The notes beneath the pieces are model-generated. The model did no database searches, was not told where the DNA came from, and saw only the letters and a list, made by a program, of their open reading frames with translations. A program made the position numbers and the translations under genes. Positions 1-9,727 of a stretch of 64,000 nt of DNA are shown one piece after another. How positions within the stretch are numbered: position 1 is the first letter of the stretch; every line of letters begins with the position of its first letter. Source of the stretch: an uncultured bacterium (lineage in GTDB: Bacteria; Patescibacteriota; Minisyncoccia; Minisyncoccales; UBA5738); contig CAINCQ010000041.1 in the NCBI GenBank assembly GCA_903847095.1, positions 72,292-136,291 on the forward strand, read 5' to 3'.

Positions 1-32
1 TGATGTTTAAGCCTCTTTTTTTTGTTCCGGAT

Positions 33-719
33 TTAAGCCTGTTGGTTGACCGTTTCGATTTTTTCGATCAACCCGTCTTTCAGCCAGATGACGCGGTTGA
101 CGTACCTCATGTCGTCGGGTTCGTGGGTGACCATGATGACCGTTTGCTTCAGTTCGCGATTCAGCTTTTGAAACAGCTCGAGTACGATTCTGGCCGAGGT
201 CATATCCAGATTAGCGGTCGGTTCATCGGCAAAAAGTATCTTCGGAGCGTTGATCAGCGAGCGCGCAATGGCTACGCGCTGTTGTTCGCCGCCGGATAAT
301 TCCACCGGATAATGAGTTATGCGATCGCCCAAACCAACAAGATCAAGCAGTTCGGAGGCCCGCTTTTTATAAATTTTTGCGGCTGTTCCCTTTGACATTG
401 CCGGTAAATAAACATTCTCCAAGGCCGTCAGTTCGATGATCAAAGCGTATTCCTGGAAAACGTAGCCCAAATCGTTCAACCGGTAGGTTGTTTTGTCGTG
501 GTCCGAAAGGCGCAGAACGTCGGTTCCGTCGATCAAGACGGAGCCCGAGGTTGGCGTATCGATAAGGCTGAGCTGGTGCAGCAGCGTGGACTTGCCCGAA
601 CCGCTTCGTCCCATGATCGCGACGATCTCGCCGTCGTTAATATCGAAAGAGACGCCTTTTAAAGCGGGTGTCGGCACTTTGCCGGGGTAGGTTTTTACAA
701 GATCGGTAACATGGATCAT
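33..719 (-). CDS. ABC transporter ATP-binding protein (MacB/LolD type)
   Basis: 228-aa ORF with Walker A GRSGSGKST, ABC signature LSGGEQQR and Walker B ILFADEPT. First gene of the adaptor-permease-ATPase trio as read on the minus strand. Confidence 0.9.
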   Translation of the reverse strand: MIHVTDLVKTYPGKVPTPALKGVSFDINDGEIVAIMGRSGSGKSTLLHQLSLIDTPTSGSVLIDGTDVLRLSDHDKTTYRLNDLGYVFQEYALIIELTALENVYLPAMSKGTAAKIYKKRASELLDLVGLGDRITHYPVELSGGEQQRVAIARSLINAPKILFADEPTANLDMTSARIVLELFQKLNRELKQTVIMVTHEPDDMRYVNRVIWLKDGLIEKIETVNQQA

Positions 720-757
720 AAAAAATCTTAAATCTTAAAACATAAATTCAGGGCAAT

Positions 758-1987
758 TTATCCCCAGATCGCCTTGAGAATGTCCTGCCGGGCAACCAGG
801 TTGGATGGAATTCTTCCCGCGAAGAATCCGGCGACCAAAAAACTGATTATACCCAATATAACCGGCATCGGGGTATAGACCAAAGTCAAATTCATTAACC
901 CGACAACGACCGGAACGGGATACGCTATCAGCAGTGGTTGCAAAACCCCGAAAACCAGGAACAATCCGGTGAAAACGCCGCAGACGGTGTAAAAAAACGA
1001 TTGAAGGATATAGGCGTTGACGATGATGCTTTTTTTTATCCCGATTGCCTTCAGGATGCCGATCTGACGGCGCTTGTTGATGGCATTCACGTAGATTAAA
1101 ACAAAAATCGTGATAGCAGCAACGATCACGCTGATCGCTCCGACGATCAGTTGTATGAAATTCAACGCTTTCAAAAAAGAGGCGAACGACCCGAGCAAAT
1201 CGTTATAATTTTGAATATGAAGATTGGGAGCCATCGCTACGATCTTCGATTCGTAAACCGCAACAGGTACGCGGTCGATATTCGCTTTTACCAAGATATG
1301 CGAGGCGCTGTCATGGACCGACAGTATTGATTCGGCTTCATTCGACGTGATGAATGTTTCGGCAATTCCCATAATGTCGTTATAAATTCCTTTGACATTG
1401 TAAGTGCGGATGCTGCCGTTCGCGAACGTGATGCGTATTTTGTCCCCGACTTTGACTCCGCCAAGATCGCTTCCCTGGCGCGCTATCGCTCCGTACCCGC
1501 CGGCCAGAGACGAACTTAGCAGGATCTGATCGGTATCTCCGAGAGCCAGATTGCTTCCCCGGATCAGCAACTGATTGAGCGTCAACACCTTCCATTCGCT
1601 TTCGGGATCGATGCCGATAATGGCGCCGGAAACGATCTTGAACTGTCCGGTTTTATCCTTGTCGAAAGACAGGGAGCCGGCCATATTGTAATGCCTTGCC
1701 GTGGCGATTATTCCAGGCAAAGTCTCTATCTGGGCGCGCAATTGCGCTTGGTTGGGAATGTATTGTTTCAACTGGGGAGTTTGCTGGGGCGCGATATTGA
1801 TATCGGCGCTCAAATAATTTCTCAAGGCGTGCATCTGGCTGTCGGTAATGCCGACGAGCACGCCCGAAATAAACATCATGTCGAGGAAAGACAGAGCCAA
1901 AATAAAAATCATTAGGGCAAGCATTGATTTGCTTCCCCGGCTGATAGATTTTCGTGCGATAAAAAATGAAGTTGCGAAGTCGCTCAT
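758..1987 (-). CDS. ABC transporter permease, FtsX/MacB-like
   Basis: 409-aa ORF with an N-terminal TM helix, a large extracytoplasmic loop and a C-terminal multi-TM FtsX-like bundle. Sits between the adaptor and ATPase genes. Confidence 0.85.
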   Translation of the reverse strand: MSDFATSFFIARKSISRGSKSMLALMIFILALSFLDMMFISGVLVGITDSQMHALRNYLSADINIAPQQTPQLKQYIPNQAQLRAQIETLPGIIATARHYNMAGSLSFDKDKTGQFKIVSGAIIGIDPESEWKVLTLNQLLIRGSNLALGDTDQILLSSSLAGGYGAIARQGSDLGGVKVGDKIRITFANGSIRTYNVKGIYNDIMGIAETFITSNEAESILSVHDSASHILVKANIDRVPVAVYESKIVAMAPNLHIQNYNDLLGSFASFLKALNFIQLIVGAISVIVAAITIFVLIYVNAINKRRQIGILKAIGIKKSIIVNAYILQSFFYTVCGVFTGLFLVFGVLQPLLIAYPVPVVVGLMNLTLVYTPMPVILGIISFLVAGFFAGRIPSNLVARQDILKAIWG

Positions 1988-1998
1988 AATCCGATTTT

Positions 1999-3597
1999 TT
2001 ACTGGGTTCCCAGTATCACTTTATCTCCCTCGGTCAGGCCCGAAACAATTTCAATCATGCCGTCGCCGCTTTCGACGCCGGTTTCGACGTTTTTATTGAT
2101 AACATTCTGGGCCTCCAAAACCTGAACAAATTGCGCGCCGCCCGAGGACTGGATGGCGCTGACAGGAACCGTAAGGGCGTTGTCGTGCACCGCGGTTTCG
2201 ATCATCGCGTTGGCGGACATATCGGGCCGGATGAGCGGATTAACTTCGTCAAGCATCACTGTGGTTTGGTAATACACCGCTCCGGAAATTATCGTGCCCG
2301 ATGGTTCTATACTTACGACTTTTCCGGTCAATGGCTGGTTGCCGAGTGCGTCGAGCGTAACAATAACCTTTTGTCCGGCTTTTACTCCGGTTATGGTATC
2401 TTCGGAGACGTTTAACTTGACTTCAAGCGTGCTTTCCGGGATCAGAGAAATAACCGTTGACCCGGGATTTAAGATCTCGCCCGGATTGCCGTTGGTTTTA
2501 GCGACGATTCCCCGGGCCGGCGCAACGATCGACAGATCCTGGATTTCTTGCTCGACCTGCGTTTCGGCCGCCCGGGCCTGGTTGATGCGGGCGATATATA
2601 CTGCGGCATCCGATTGGCGGGCGGGGGCGGCTTGAGCGGCCAGCTGATCCTGTGCGGATTTCAGAGTGCCTTCGGCCGCCTGAACTTTCGCGTCGGCCCC
2701 GGCCAGCGAGCCCTCGGCCCCGGTGATGTTTTCGAGAGCCGCGTTAAGGTTGGTTCTGGCGGTCAGAATGTCCGTTCGATAGTTTTGGTAAACCGCGTCG
2801 TCGGTGATACTTGTCGAATTATAACCGTTCACCACTTCCGCCAAGCTGTTAATCATTTTTTGGATTATTTGCAGGTTTCGGCTGGCGGTGTTCAACGACT
2901 CCGACAAATCGCCGAAATTACCATCCGCTTCGGCCTTCCAAGACTTTAGGATATCTTCAATATTTTTTCTTTCCGAGCCGATCGTTATTTTGGTATCGGT
3001 ATCGGCTTCAATTTTGAATTGGAATGTTTGGCTGGAAACGGTGATGCCGAAAGACGGATTCGGCCCGGTTGGGTCATTGAATAGCCTGTCGGCCCGGTTA
3101 TGGACGGCATCGTCGGCTTTCGCGAGAGCGTCTTTTATCGCGTTTACGGCGCTTTGTTTGACGTTGTCATGGGCTTGTCGCGCGCTTGCCAAAGAGGTCT
3201 GAGCATTGGCCGCAGCGGTTTTGTACACATCGATGTCTTCCGCGGATGCGCCGGCGAGCAGTTGGTCCAGTTGCGCTTGCGCCGCTTTGACCCCGGATTG
3301 GGATTGGGCAAGCGCGGAATCGAATCCCTTCATTTCCTGTTTCGCGAGAACCTGATTGGCCTCGACCGTATCGCCGACGCGTACATCCATATCCGCCAGC
3401 TTGCCGCTGGTTTTAAAATACAAATTGATGGTTGCCGGAGGCTCGACCGATCCCGAGGTCGAAACTTCCTGGATTATCGTTCCCTTTTGTACCGGCACGG
3501 TTATATAAGAAGGAGTTTTGGTGATTAAATAATAATAAATCCCAAAACCGATTGCGGCTAAGAGGATTATTATTAAAAATTTGATTTTTTTGTTCAT
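1999..3597 (-). CDS. HlyD/MacA-family membrane-fusion (periplasmic adaptor) protein
   Basis: 532-aa ORF with an N-terminal TM anchor, a long Ala/Gln-rich coiled-coil hairpin and C-terminal beta-barrel-like segments (GQKVIVTLDA..., VPVSAI...). Ends 11 nt from the permease start. Confidence 0.75.
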   Translation of the reverse strand: MNKKIKFLIIILLAAIGFGIYYYLITKTPSYITVPVQKGTIIQEVSTSGSVEPPATINLYFKTSGKLADMDVRVGDTVEANQVLAKQEMKGFDSALAQSQSGVKAAQAQLDQLLAGASAEDIDVYKTAAANAQTSLASARQAHDNVKQSAVNAIKDALAKADDAVHNRADRLFNDPTGPNPSFGITVSSQTFQFKIEADTDTKITIGSERKNIEDILKSWKAEADGNFGDLSESLNTASRNLQIIQKMINSLAEVVNGYNSTSITDDAVYQNYRTDILTARTNLNAALENITGAEGSLAGADAKVQAAEGTLKSAQDQLAAQAAPARQSDAAVYIARINQARAAETQVEQEIQDLSIVAPARGIVAKTNGNPGEILNPGSTVISLIPESTLEVKLNVSEDTITGVKAGQKVIVTLDALGNQPLTGKVVSIEPSGTIISGAVYYQTTVMLDEVNPLIRPDMSANAMIETAVHDNALTVPVSAIQSSGGAQFVQVLEAQNVINKNVETGVESGDGMIEIVSGLTEGDKVILGTQ

Positions 3598-3730
3598 TGG
3601 TTGTTCAGGTTAAAAAAAATGAATCATTGTTATATGATATCATTTAATTGTTTTCTAAGCACTCGATCACTTATCGGTCAAATACATCAAAGGATCGAAA
3701 AGGGCGGGCCGCTGGGATCGATCCGGAATT

Positions 3731-4366
3731 TCACCGATCGATAATACCGGCCAATTTGGATAAAGAGCTTATGTGATAGCTCGCCTTACTCCATTTTTCA
3801 ACGCCCGGACGCAAGGTTTGGACGGTAGTTATGCCCATGGACTTCGCTATCCCAAGCTCCGACTTTGGATTGTCGCCGACAACCAACACCTCGGCTTTAT
3901 CCCAATTGTTCGATTCCAAAATTTCCTCGAATATTTTTTTCTTACCCTTCCGTGTTTCCGGGTTTTCCATCTCATCAATAATAATTTCGTCGAAAAGCGG
4001 TGCCATTCCGGTTTTGTCGATTTTTGACTGCTGGAACTTTCTATAGCCGGTCGTTACCAAGTATTTTGTCACTGGCAGCTTTTTGATGTAAAACTCGTCT
4101 CCGTAGGTTTTTAACACCATATTTTCCGGAATTGTAATCTGCTGGTAAGCCATTCTCATCGCTTTGGCAATGCCCGGAGGAAGATTAAATTGCACGACAA
4201 GATCTTCAAATCCCGTATACCAAATTGCGCTATTAAATGCGCGTTTAGTTTTTTCCGGCAGGTTGGAGGCGAGCAAGGGGGCAAGTATCGTAATTAAAAT
4301 ATCATTACCCAAAGAACGGGTATCGAGAATTGAATTATCCAAATCGAAAATTATTCCTTTAATCAT
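3731..4366 (-). CDS. HAD-superfamily hydrolase
   Basis: 211-aa ORF with HAD motif I (IIFDLDNSILDT) at the N-terminus and motif IV (VVGDNPKSE) near the C-terminus. Confidence 0.8.
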   Translation of the reverse strand: MIKGIIFDLDNSILDTRSLGNDILITILAPLLASNLPEKTKRAFNSAIWYTGFEDLVVQFNLPPGIAKAMRMAYQQITIPENMVLKTYGDEFYIKKLPVTKYLVTTGYRKFQQSKIDKTGMAPLFDEIIIDEMENPETRKGKKKIFEEILESNNWDKAEVLVVGDNPKSELGIAKSMGITTVQTLRPGVEKWSKASYHISSLSKLAGIIDR

Positions 4367-4436
4367 GTTTGTTTGTTCGCTACTTCGTAGCTTTAGCGAG
4401 GCGCAAAGCGACAGCGGATTGAATTTAGCCTAGCTT

Positions 4437-4997
4437 TTAAAGAAGTTTTACGATATCTGCGGCGATATCGGAAAAATTCATGTTTGAAGTATCATAAATT
4501 TTACAATTAAGCGAGCTATTTTGCGTCAGCTTAAGCAAAAAACGTTGTTGATCGATATAATAATTATTGACTTCCGACTCGCTTCCCTTTTTGTCCGCGT
4601 AATCGTTCCAATCTTTATCTCTATGTTTTCGGGCCAAATTTATCCGTTCCGGAATTTTGGCTTCGTAGATTTTTAGAAGAATTAATATCGCGTTTGTTCT
4701 GATCGAATTTTCTATTTCGAAAAAGTCTTCTATTGCGCAATTTGTCCGGAATATATGCGTAAAAAATAATCGGTCGAAAATTATAAAGTCCTGCTCCTTA
4801 TCCCCGGCTTTTTTCAGGATTGGCTTTAAAAAATCGATACTTTTTCGCTTGTCCTTATTATCCAATAACGGCAGCAAAGTCTCAACTTCCGAGATAACGG
4901 AAAAGCTGGCTTTTTGTTTGGCTAAAGTTTTCGATAGTTCCTTGATTACGGATGTTTTGCCGCTGGTCGCGATTCCTTCCAAGATGATAATTTTCAT
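4437..4997 (-). CDS. P-loop NTPase / small-molecule kinase-like protein
   Basis: Contains MKIIILEGIATSGKTS, the beta-strand plus Walker A layout typical of dNK/thymidylate-kinase-like proteins. I prefer ATG 4997 over the track's TTG 5048. No clear SD for either. Confidence 0.5.
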   Translation of the reverse strand: MKIIILEGIATSGKTSVIKELSKTLAKQKASFSVISEVETLLPLLDNKDKRKSIDFLKPILKKAGDKEQDFIIFDRLFFTHIFRTNCAIEDFFEIENSIRTNAILILLKIYEAKIPERINLARKHRDKDWNDYADKKGSESEVNNYYIDQQRFLLKLTQNSSLNCKIYDTSNMNFSDIAADIVKLL

Positions 4998-5064
4998 AAT
5001 TAAGAATGATTGTCCGATGAAATCGGTCTTTTTATCCGGCGACACCAAAGAGCCAAGCGTAAAA

Positions 5065-6207
5065 TTATTCCGCTTGCGCGAGGGCGCCGACTTTATAAGT
5101 TAATTTCAAAAACGCGGCTGAAGTGATCACGACAACGATGGAAACAAGAATCATTCCAATACCGATCGAAAACATGTCGGAAATTCCGCTTACGATCACC
5201 AGAAGAATAGCATTAAAAACCAGATGTATCTGGCTTTGGATGCTCAAAGCGGTAGCGCGATGCGTCGAGGGAACGATTCTGTTTATAAGATTGCCGATAA
5301 ATACATCTTGGGAACTAAGAGTCAATGAAGATATGATAATGGCGGTAATGACCAAAAATTGCGAGTTGGTCGTAAAAGAAAGAGCCGCAATCAAAGCTAT
5401 GAAAAGATACAAGAATATGATTTTTTGCCAGTCCATGTATTTGCGGATTTTGGGATAAAGGACCAATCCCAAAATACTAAAAGAGCTGGACAGAAAATAA
5501 ACAAACCCGAAGTATGCCACCGGTATTTCCGCCAATTTCATAACCGGTTGAAAGTAGTCGAACAAAAGTTCGTAAATTCCCGCCATCAGGGAAAAAACGA
5601 TTATCGCGTACCAAGTGACCTTATGTCTTAAGAGAAATCCCAGTCCTTCCCTGATCTGACGGAAAGATTTGCTGAGGCTTTTTTCCCTGGGAGGTTCTTT
5701 AAGGGAAAATATCAGCGCAAGGCATATTACGCTTGCGATCGTCGAGAGTAAAAACACCATTCTTGGGTTTATGGAATAGACATAGGCACCAATAACAGAG
5801 GCCATGAGTCGGCCCGTAAAAAAATATTTTTTGACCTTGGACTGCGTTTTCTCGTATTGTTCTTCTTTTCCCGCCGTTAGCAAAGTATCATAGATGAAAG
5901 CGCTGAATATTCCCATCGAAAGCGCGGTTCCTATGCCATTCAAACAAAAAGCGATAAAAAACATCACAAAAGAATGGGTAAACAAATATATAGCGTTCAT
6001 GGACAAAAAAGCGATCCAGCTTAAAATAAGCATGGATTTGCGGGAATATTTATCCGCCCAAAGGCTCGAAGGGATATCGAAGAAAAAGGGCATGATCGAT
6101 GAGCCGGCCAGGATTAGTCCGACTTGGGTCAGATTCATTCCGCTGGCCAAAAGAAAAATAACAAAAACAGGCCCGGGAAACCACATCCCGTCGAAAAAAT
6201 TCATCAA
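5065..6207 (-). CDS. MFS transporter
   Basis: 380-aa ORF with about 11-12 hydrophobic helices and the MFS loop motif WADKYSRK between TM2 and TM3. Confidence 0.8.
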   Translation of the reverse strand: MMNFFDGMWFPGPVFVIFLLASGMNLTQVGLILAGSSIMPFFFDIPSSLWADKYSRKSMLILSWIAFLSMNAIYLFTHSFVMFFIAFCLNGIGTALSMGIFSAFIYDTLLTAGKEEQYEKTQSKVKKYFFTGRLMASVIGAYVYSINPRMVFLLSTIASVICLALIFSLKEPPREKSLSKSFRQIREGLGFLLRHKVTWYAIIVFSLMAGIYELLFDYFQPVMKLAEIPVAYFGFVYFLSSSFSILGLVLYPKIRKYMDWQKIIFLYLFIALIAALSFTTNSQFLVITAIIISSLTLSSQDVFIGNLINRIVPSTHRATALSIQSQIHLVFNAILLVIVSGISDMFSIGIGMILVSIVVVITSAAFLKLTYKVGALAQAE

Positions 6208-6386
6208 GCAGATCTTTTTTAATGTTTCCCTTCAGATTTTTTTGTATCACTTCGTCCATATTATACCAGATAAAATATTATTAGGGCCTATAAGCCTTTT
6301 TTTGACGAAACAGCAAATTATCGATTGCTTGAGACAACGATGAACCGCGTAATTAAAAGCAAAAGCGGGCAATAGTTGAGCGCCCG

Positions 6387-6710
6387 CTATTCGATCTCGA
6401 AGAAATTAAGACTATCGCGATTTTCTTCAATCACCTTTTCGACAAGAGCTTCCTCGCTCTTGGTGAGGGTGATTGAATAATTGGACCTCGCGATAAATGG
6501 CATCCACCCGCTCTCCAGAGTTAAGCCGTCGGGCACGATCTCGTAAGATAAGTGGCTTGTTTCGCCAAATGTATATGTCCGGATCATCACCCTCCAAACT
6601 TCTCCAAGCTCTCTTCTTTTTCTTATTTCCAATACCAAGTTTTTAAGGGCTCTTCCTAGGATTTCGCCCTCTACAACCTTTTCAGCTATCAGACATCTTA
6701 CCCATAACAT
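6387..6710 (-). CDS. hypothetical protein
   Basis: 107-aa ORF. A TTGACA-N16-TATTAT promoter-like site lies upstream at 6732-6759. No motif recognised. Confidence 0.4.
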   Translation of the reverse strand: MLWVRCLIAEKVVEGEILGRALKNLVLEIRKRRELGEVWRVMIRTYTFGETSHLSYEIVPDGLTLESGWMPFIARSNYSITLTKSEEALVEKVIEENRDSLNFFEIE

Positions 6711-6984
6711 AGCACCGGCACCCTTCGGTTATAATAGCACGAATATTTCAGCTGTCAAGATATGGCTAATGTCCACATACCCTTAAAACAACACAATGCA
6801 TTACGACTTAACCGTTAATCAAACTCCCAAACTGTTTATACCGATTAAACATCCATGATTTTTTAATAAACCTTAAGAAAACCGTCAAGTGCGAAAAGAA
6901 ACGTTCAGGAAAAGATTACACTTTCCGCCTTTAATCTTTTTATCCGCTTCCCTGTTTTTTCAAACAAAAAACATGATGTTTCCA

Positions 6985-7665
6985 TCATGTTAAATCTTTT
7001 ATGGCGGCTTCGGCTTCGGCAATGCAGCTTAACACCGAGGCGGTGCCGCCCAATTGGGTATTTTGGTAGATATTACGCGCTATTTGCATATGTTTAAGCG
7101 CGTTATCCTTATCGAGCAAGCCCTCATAGGCCAAGCCAAGGTACCAATGCGCGGCTCCCTGGACTTTCAAGTTTCCGGTTTTTTTTGCGAGGTCAATGGC
7201 CGCTTCCGCGGGTGATATCGCCTCTTGAAATTTCTGCTCTTGGACGAGCATCGCGGCCTGCGCAGCCGGCAAATCGCAATTGCTCTCGTTTAAGCTGATG
7301 GCTTTGGCGATGAGCCGGAAAGCTTCTTCTTTGCGGGAAAGGCCGTACAGAATATGCATATACAAAGAAAGCGAAAAGTAATAATTGCCTTCTAAAACCT
7401 GCTCGCTCTCCGCTCCCAGCCGCACGGCGTTTTCCGCTTCGGTAAGTGCCAGTTCCAGCATTTCCGTATCGTTTCCCGACAACCCTCCGCCAAGGTAAAA
7501 GGCCGCCGCCGCCGCTAATCGGTGGATAATTTCCCAGTCTTTTTTAAGAAACCGGCAATTTCCCGCCGCCTGCGCGATTTCTAGCGCTTTTGCGTATTCG
7601 CCGGCCCTGACCGCTTCTTCAATCGCCTGTGGCGATTTTTCTCTCAACGTTTTGATTTCCGCCAA
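6985..7665 (-). CDS. TPR-repeat protein
   Basis: Repeated A-x-x-x-Y/A-x-x-A helical pairs (AHWYLGLAYEGLLDKDNALKHMQIA...). AAGGAGG followed 8 nt later by TTG at 7665 suggests a start downstream of the track's 7758. A hairpin plus T-run follows the stop. Confidence 0.55.
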   Translation of the reverse strand: MAEIKTLREKSPQAIEEAVRAGEYAKALEIAQAAGNCRFLKKDWEIIHRLAAAAAFYLGGGLSGNDTEMLELALTEAENAVRLGAESEQVLEGNYYFSLSLYMHILYGLSRKEEAFRLIAKAISLNESNCDLPAAQAAMLVQEQKFQEAISPAEAAIDLAKKTGNLKVQGAAHWYLGLAYEGLLDKDNALKHMQIARNIYQNTQLGGTASVLSCIAEAEAAIKDLT

Positions 7666-7860
7666 ACTTATAACCTCCTTTCGCGGTAACAATACCACAA
7701 AAAACGAAAAGTGCAAGCCGCTATGCGCCCGATTGCAGGCCCGGGTTAATCGCATCACCGGAAATACCGAGGTCCGTATTAAAGACGGCCAGAGAAAAGG
7801 TTTTCATTATTTTTTTCTCACGAAGATAAATTATGGTTACAAGGCGACGTCTCTTCAAAT

Positions 7861-8805
7861 TTATATCGTGTCCAGCGGCTTAATCACGCGCTCAAGCCAA
7901 AATTCGCTAAAACGTTCTCCATCGACGCGAGTCGCGACTTTGAAGATTTTTCCCGAATTATCGATCCGTTCAGAGAGAGCGCCGTCAGCTTCATCCATTA
8001 CTAAAGACAGTTTCTCGATTTTTACCCCATCCCAACCTAAAGCAACGGCAACGGCCAGCGGATCATATTGGAAATTAATAATATCTTTTGGTACGTTTCT
8101 ACAGTCTTTGTATTTTTCCGCGAAATTTTGGTCTTTCGCGAATTCTTCGGCTTGTTTTGCCAGGAGTTGTCCCAGGGGTCCGGAATTTCTAAGAGGCTCA
8201 AGGTGCGCTTGCCGTAAAAAAGTTTCACCCGTGATTGAAAGTTGAACCAATGTGATATTGGCAATCGCCAGAACGTGTTTTGCCGATCTCACGTCAATTT
8301 GTTTATTGAAATCCCCCTCGTTTTTCCAGTTGGGAAAACCCGGGCGCGCCGGATGAACATAACCGCCCATAAAAAATATCTCCGTCTGTTCGAGTATTCC
8401 GGGATACTTCATATCAAGCAGGAAAAGGTTTGTGAGCGGGCCGATGGCGACTATGATCGCGCCTTGCTCAATGCTTTGTTTTAAAAGCTCGAGCGCTTCG
8501 TCGAGTGGATTTATCAGCGCCGTTATCGGTTCGGGCCAATACCGTTCTTCGGATGGCAGGCCAAGATGAATAGGATAAAAACCGGAGGCATTATCGGCGC
8601 CGGCCTTAACCGGTAAACCGGTCCGCCCGGAAATTTTTAGGGTATATAGGACCTGGCCCGCTCTTATGCCGCCATTTTCCGCGACCGTTGTGATGCCGGT
8701 AATTTCGACTTCTGGCGATTTTAACAAAAACGCCAAAGCGCAGATATCATCAATATCTCCGCCAAAATCAGTATCGAGATGAATTTTTTTGGATTTTGGA
8801 TTCAT
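7861..8805 (-). CDS. nucleoside hydrolase (inosine/uridine-preferring family)
   Basis: 314-aa ORF with the N-terminal fingerprint DTDFGGDIDD (DxDxxxDD, the Ca-binding site of the IU-NH family). Confidence 0.8.
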   Translation of the reverse strand: MNPKSKKIHLDTDFGGDIDDICALAFLLKSPEVEITGITTVAENGGIRAGQVLYTLKISGRTGLPVKAGADNASGFYPIHLGLPSEERYWPEPITALINPLDEALELLKQSIEQGAIIVAIGPLTNLFLLDMKYPGILEQTEIFFMGGYVHPARPGFPNWKNEGDFNKQIDVRSAKHVLAIANITLVQLSITGETFLRQAHLEPLRNSGPLGQLLAKQAEEFAKDQNFAEKYKDCRNVPKDIINFQYDPLAVAVALGWDGVKIEKLSLVMDEADGALSERIDNSGKIFKVATRVDGERFSEFWLERVIKPLDTI

Positions 8806-8818
8806 TTAAATATGCTCT

Positions 8819-9727
8819 TTACTTTTTGTTTCCGTAGAATTTAACCAGTGCCTTGATGCCGGCTAAATTCTGTTCCCACTCGATGGTTTTATGGGTTTTA
8901 AGCTCCACGCTGAATGCCGGTATGTCAATGGAGGCAAGCCAGTCGGTGGCATCGCCCGAGACCTCATATTGGTCAAAAGTAGTAAGCGCCGGGTATCCCG
9001 ACGCACCCGAATAAGCGTTCATTATAGCCAAGGTTTCCGGAAGCATATCGCCGCCGCACTGCGAGCCATAGATGGCGTTAGCCTGGCTGTGCCAGAAAAT
9101 AACGGCGGCTGGTTTAGTTTCCAAAACAAATTGCTTGATCGCCGCGCTTTCGGGTTCGGAGAACGGCGCGGTTCCTCCGCTAACGGTCTTGTTTTGCCAG
9201 ACACCCTCCGGCTTCCAGCCACAGTCAAAATTGCGGTTGAGGTCGACGGAATGGGCATTGAGCCTTCCGGCCACATTGGAACCGGGCGGAATATCGGTCA
9301 CACTAAAACGGCTTTCCTTGCCAGTTATCTTAAAGTCTCCGTCGGGATTCGCGGACGGAATAATCGTGATAGCCAGATTATTGGGAATGAATTCCGGATT
9401 CTGGTTGAGATAATCAATTAAGTCGTACGCCAGGATCACACTGTTCCACTCATAGCCGCCGTGTATGCCGCCGATAAAAACTAGCTGGGTTGGGCCGTTG
9501 CCAAAGGTAAAAGACTCGATTTCGCGGTTTTCCACGGACAGACCCAATACCTTGCGCATCGGACCCGGGACTTTGGTCTCCGCTGGCGTCTGCGTAGGCG
9601 CAGTGGGCTCGTGAGCGGGTTTTGGCACCTCAACCTTCCATACTCTCTGTGAAGCGAAAAACACGAACAAAGCAGCGCCAAGCGCGGCAAGGCAAAAAAA
9701 AGCGATTATGAGTTGCTTGAATTTCAT
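8819..9727 (-). CDS. M14-family zinc carboxypeptidase, membrane-anchored
   Basis: 302-aa ORF with an N-terminal TM helix, Zn-ligand motif HGGYEWNS (HxxE), substrate motif NRNFDCGW and a distal His in FWHSQ. Paralogue of the next gene. Confidence 0.75.
   Translation of the reverse strand: MKFKQLIIAFFCLAALGAALFVFFASQRVWKVEVPKPAHEPTAPTQTPAETKVPGPMRKVLGLSVENREIESFTFGNGPTQLVFIGGIHGGYEWNSVILAYDLIDYLNQNPEFIPNNLAITIIPSANPDGDFKITGKESRFSVTDIPPGSNVAGRLNAHSVDLNRNFDCGWKPEGVWQNKTVSGGTAPFSEPESAAIKQFVLETKPAAVIFWHSQANAIYGSQCGGDMLPETLAIMNAYSGASGYPALTTFDQYEVSGDATDWLASIDIPAFSVELKTHKTIEWEQNLAGIKALVKFYGNKK

Noticed and set aside
3-299. 98-aa plus-strand ORF at the window start
   Set aside because: It is antisense to the ABC ATPase gene, whose Walker and signature motifs are unambiguous.
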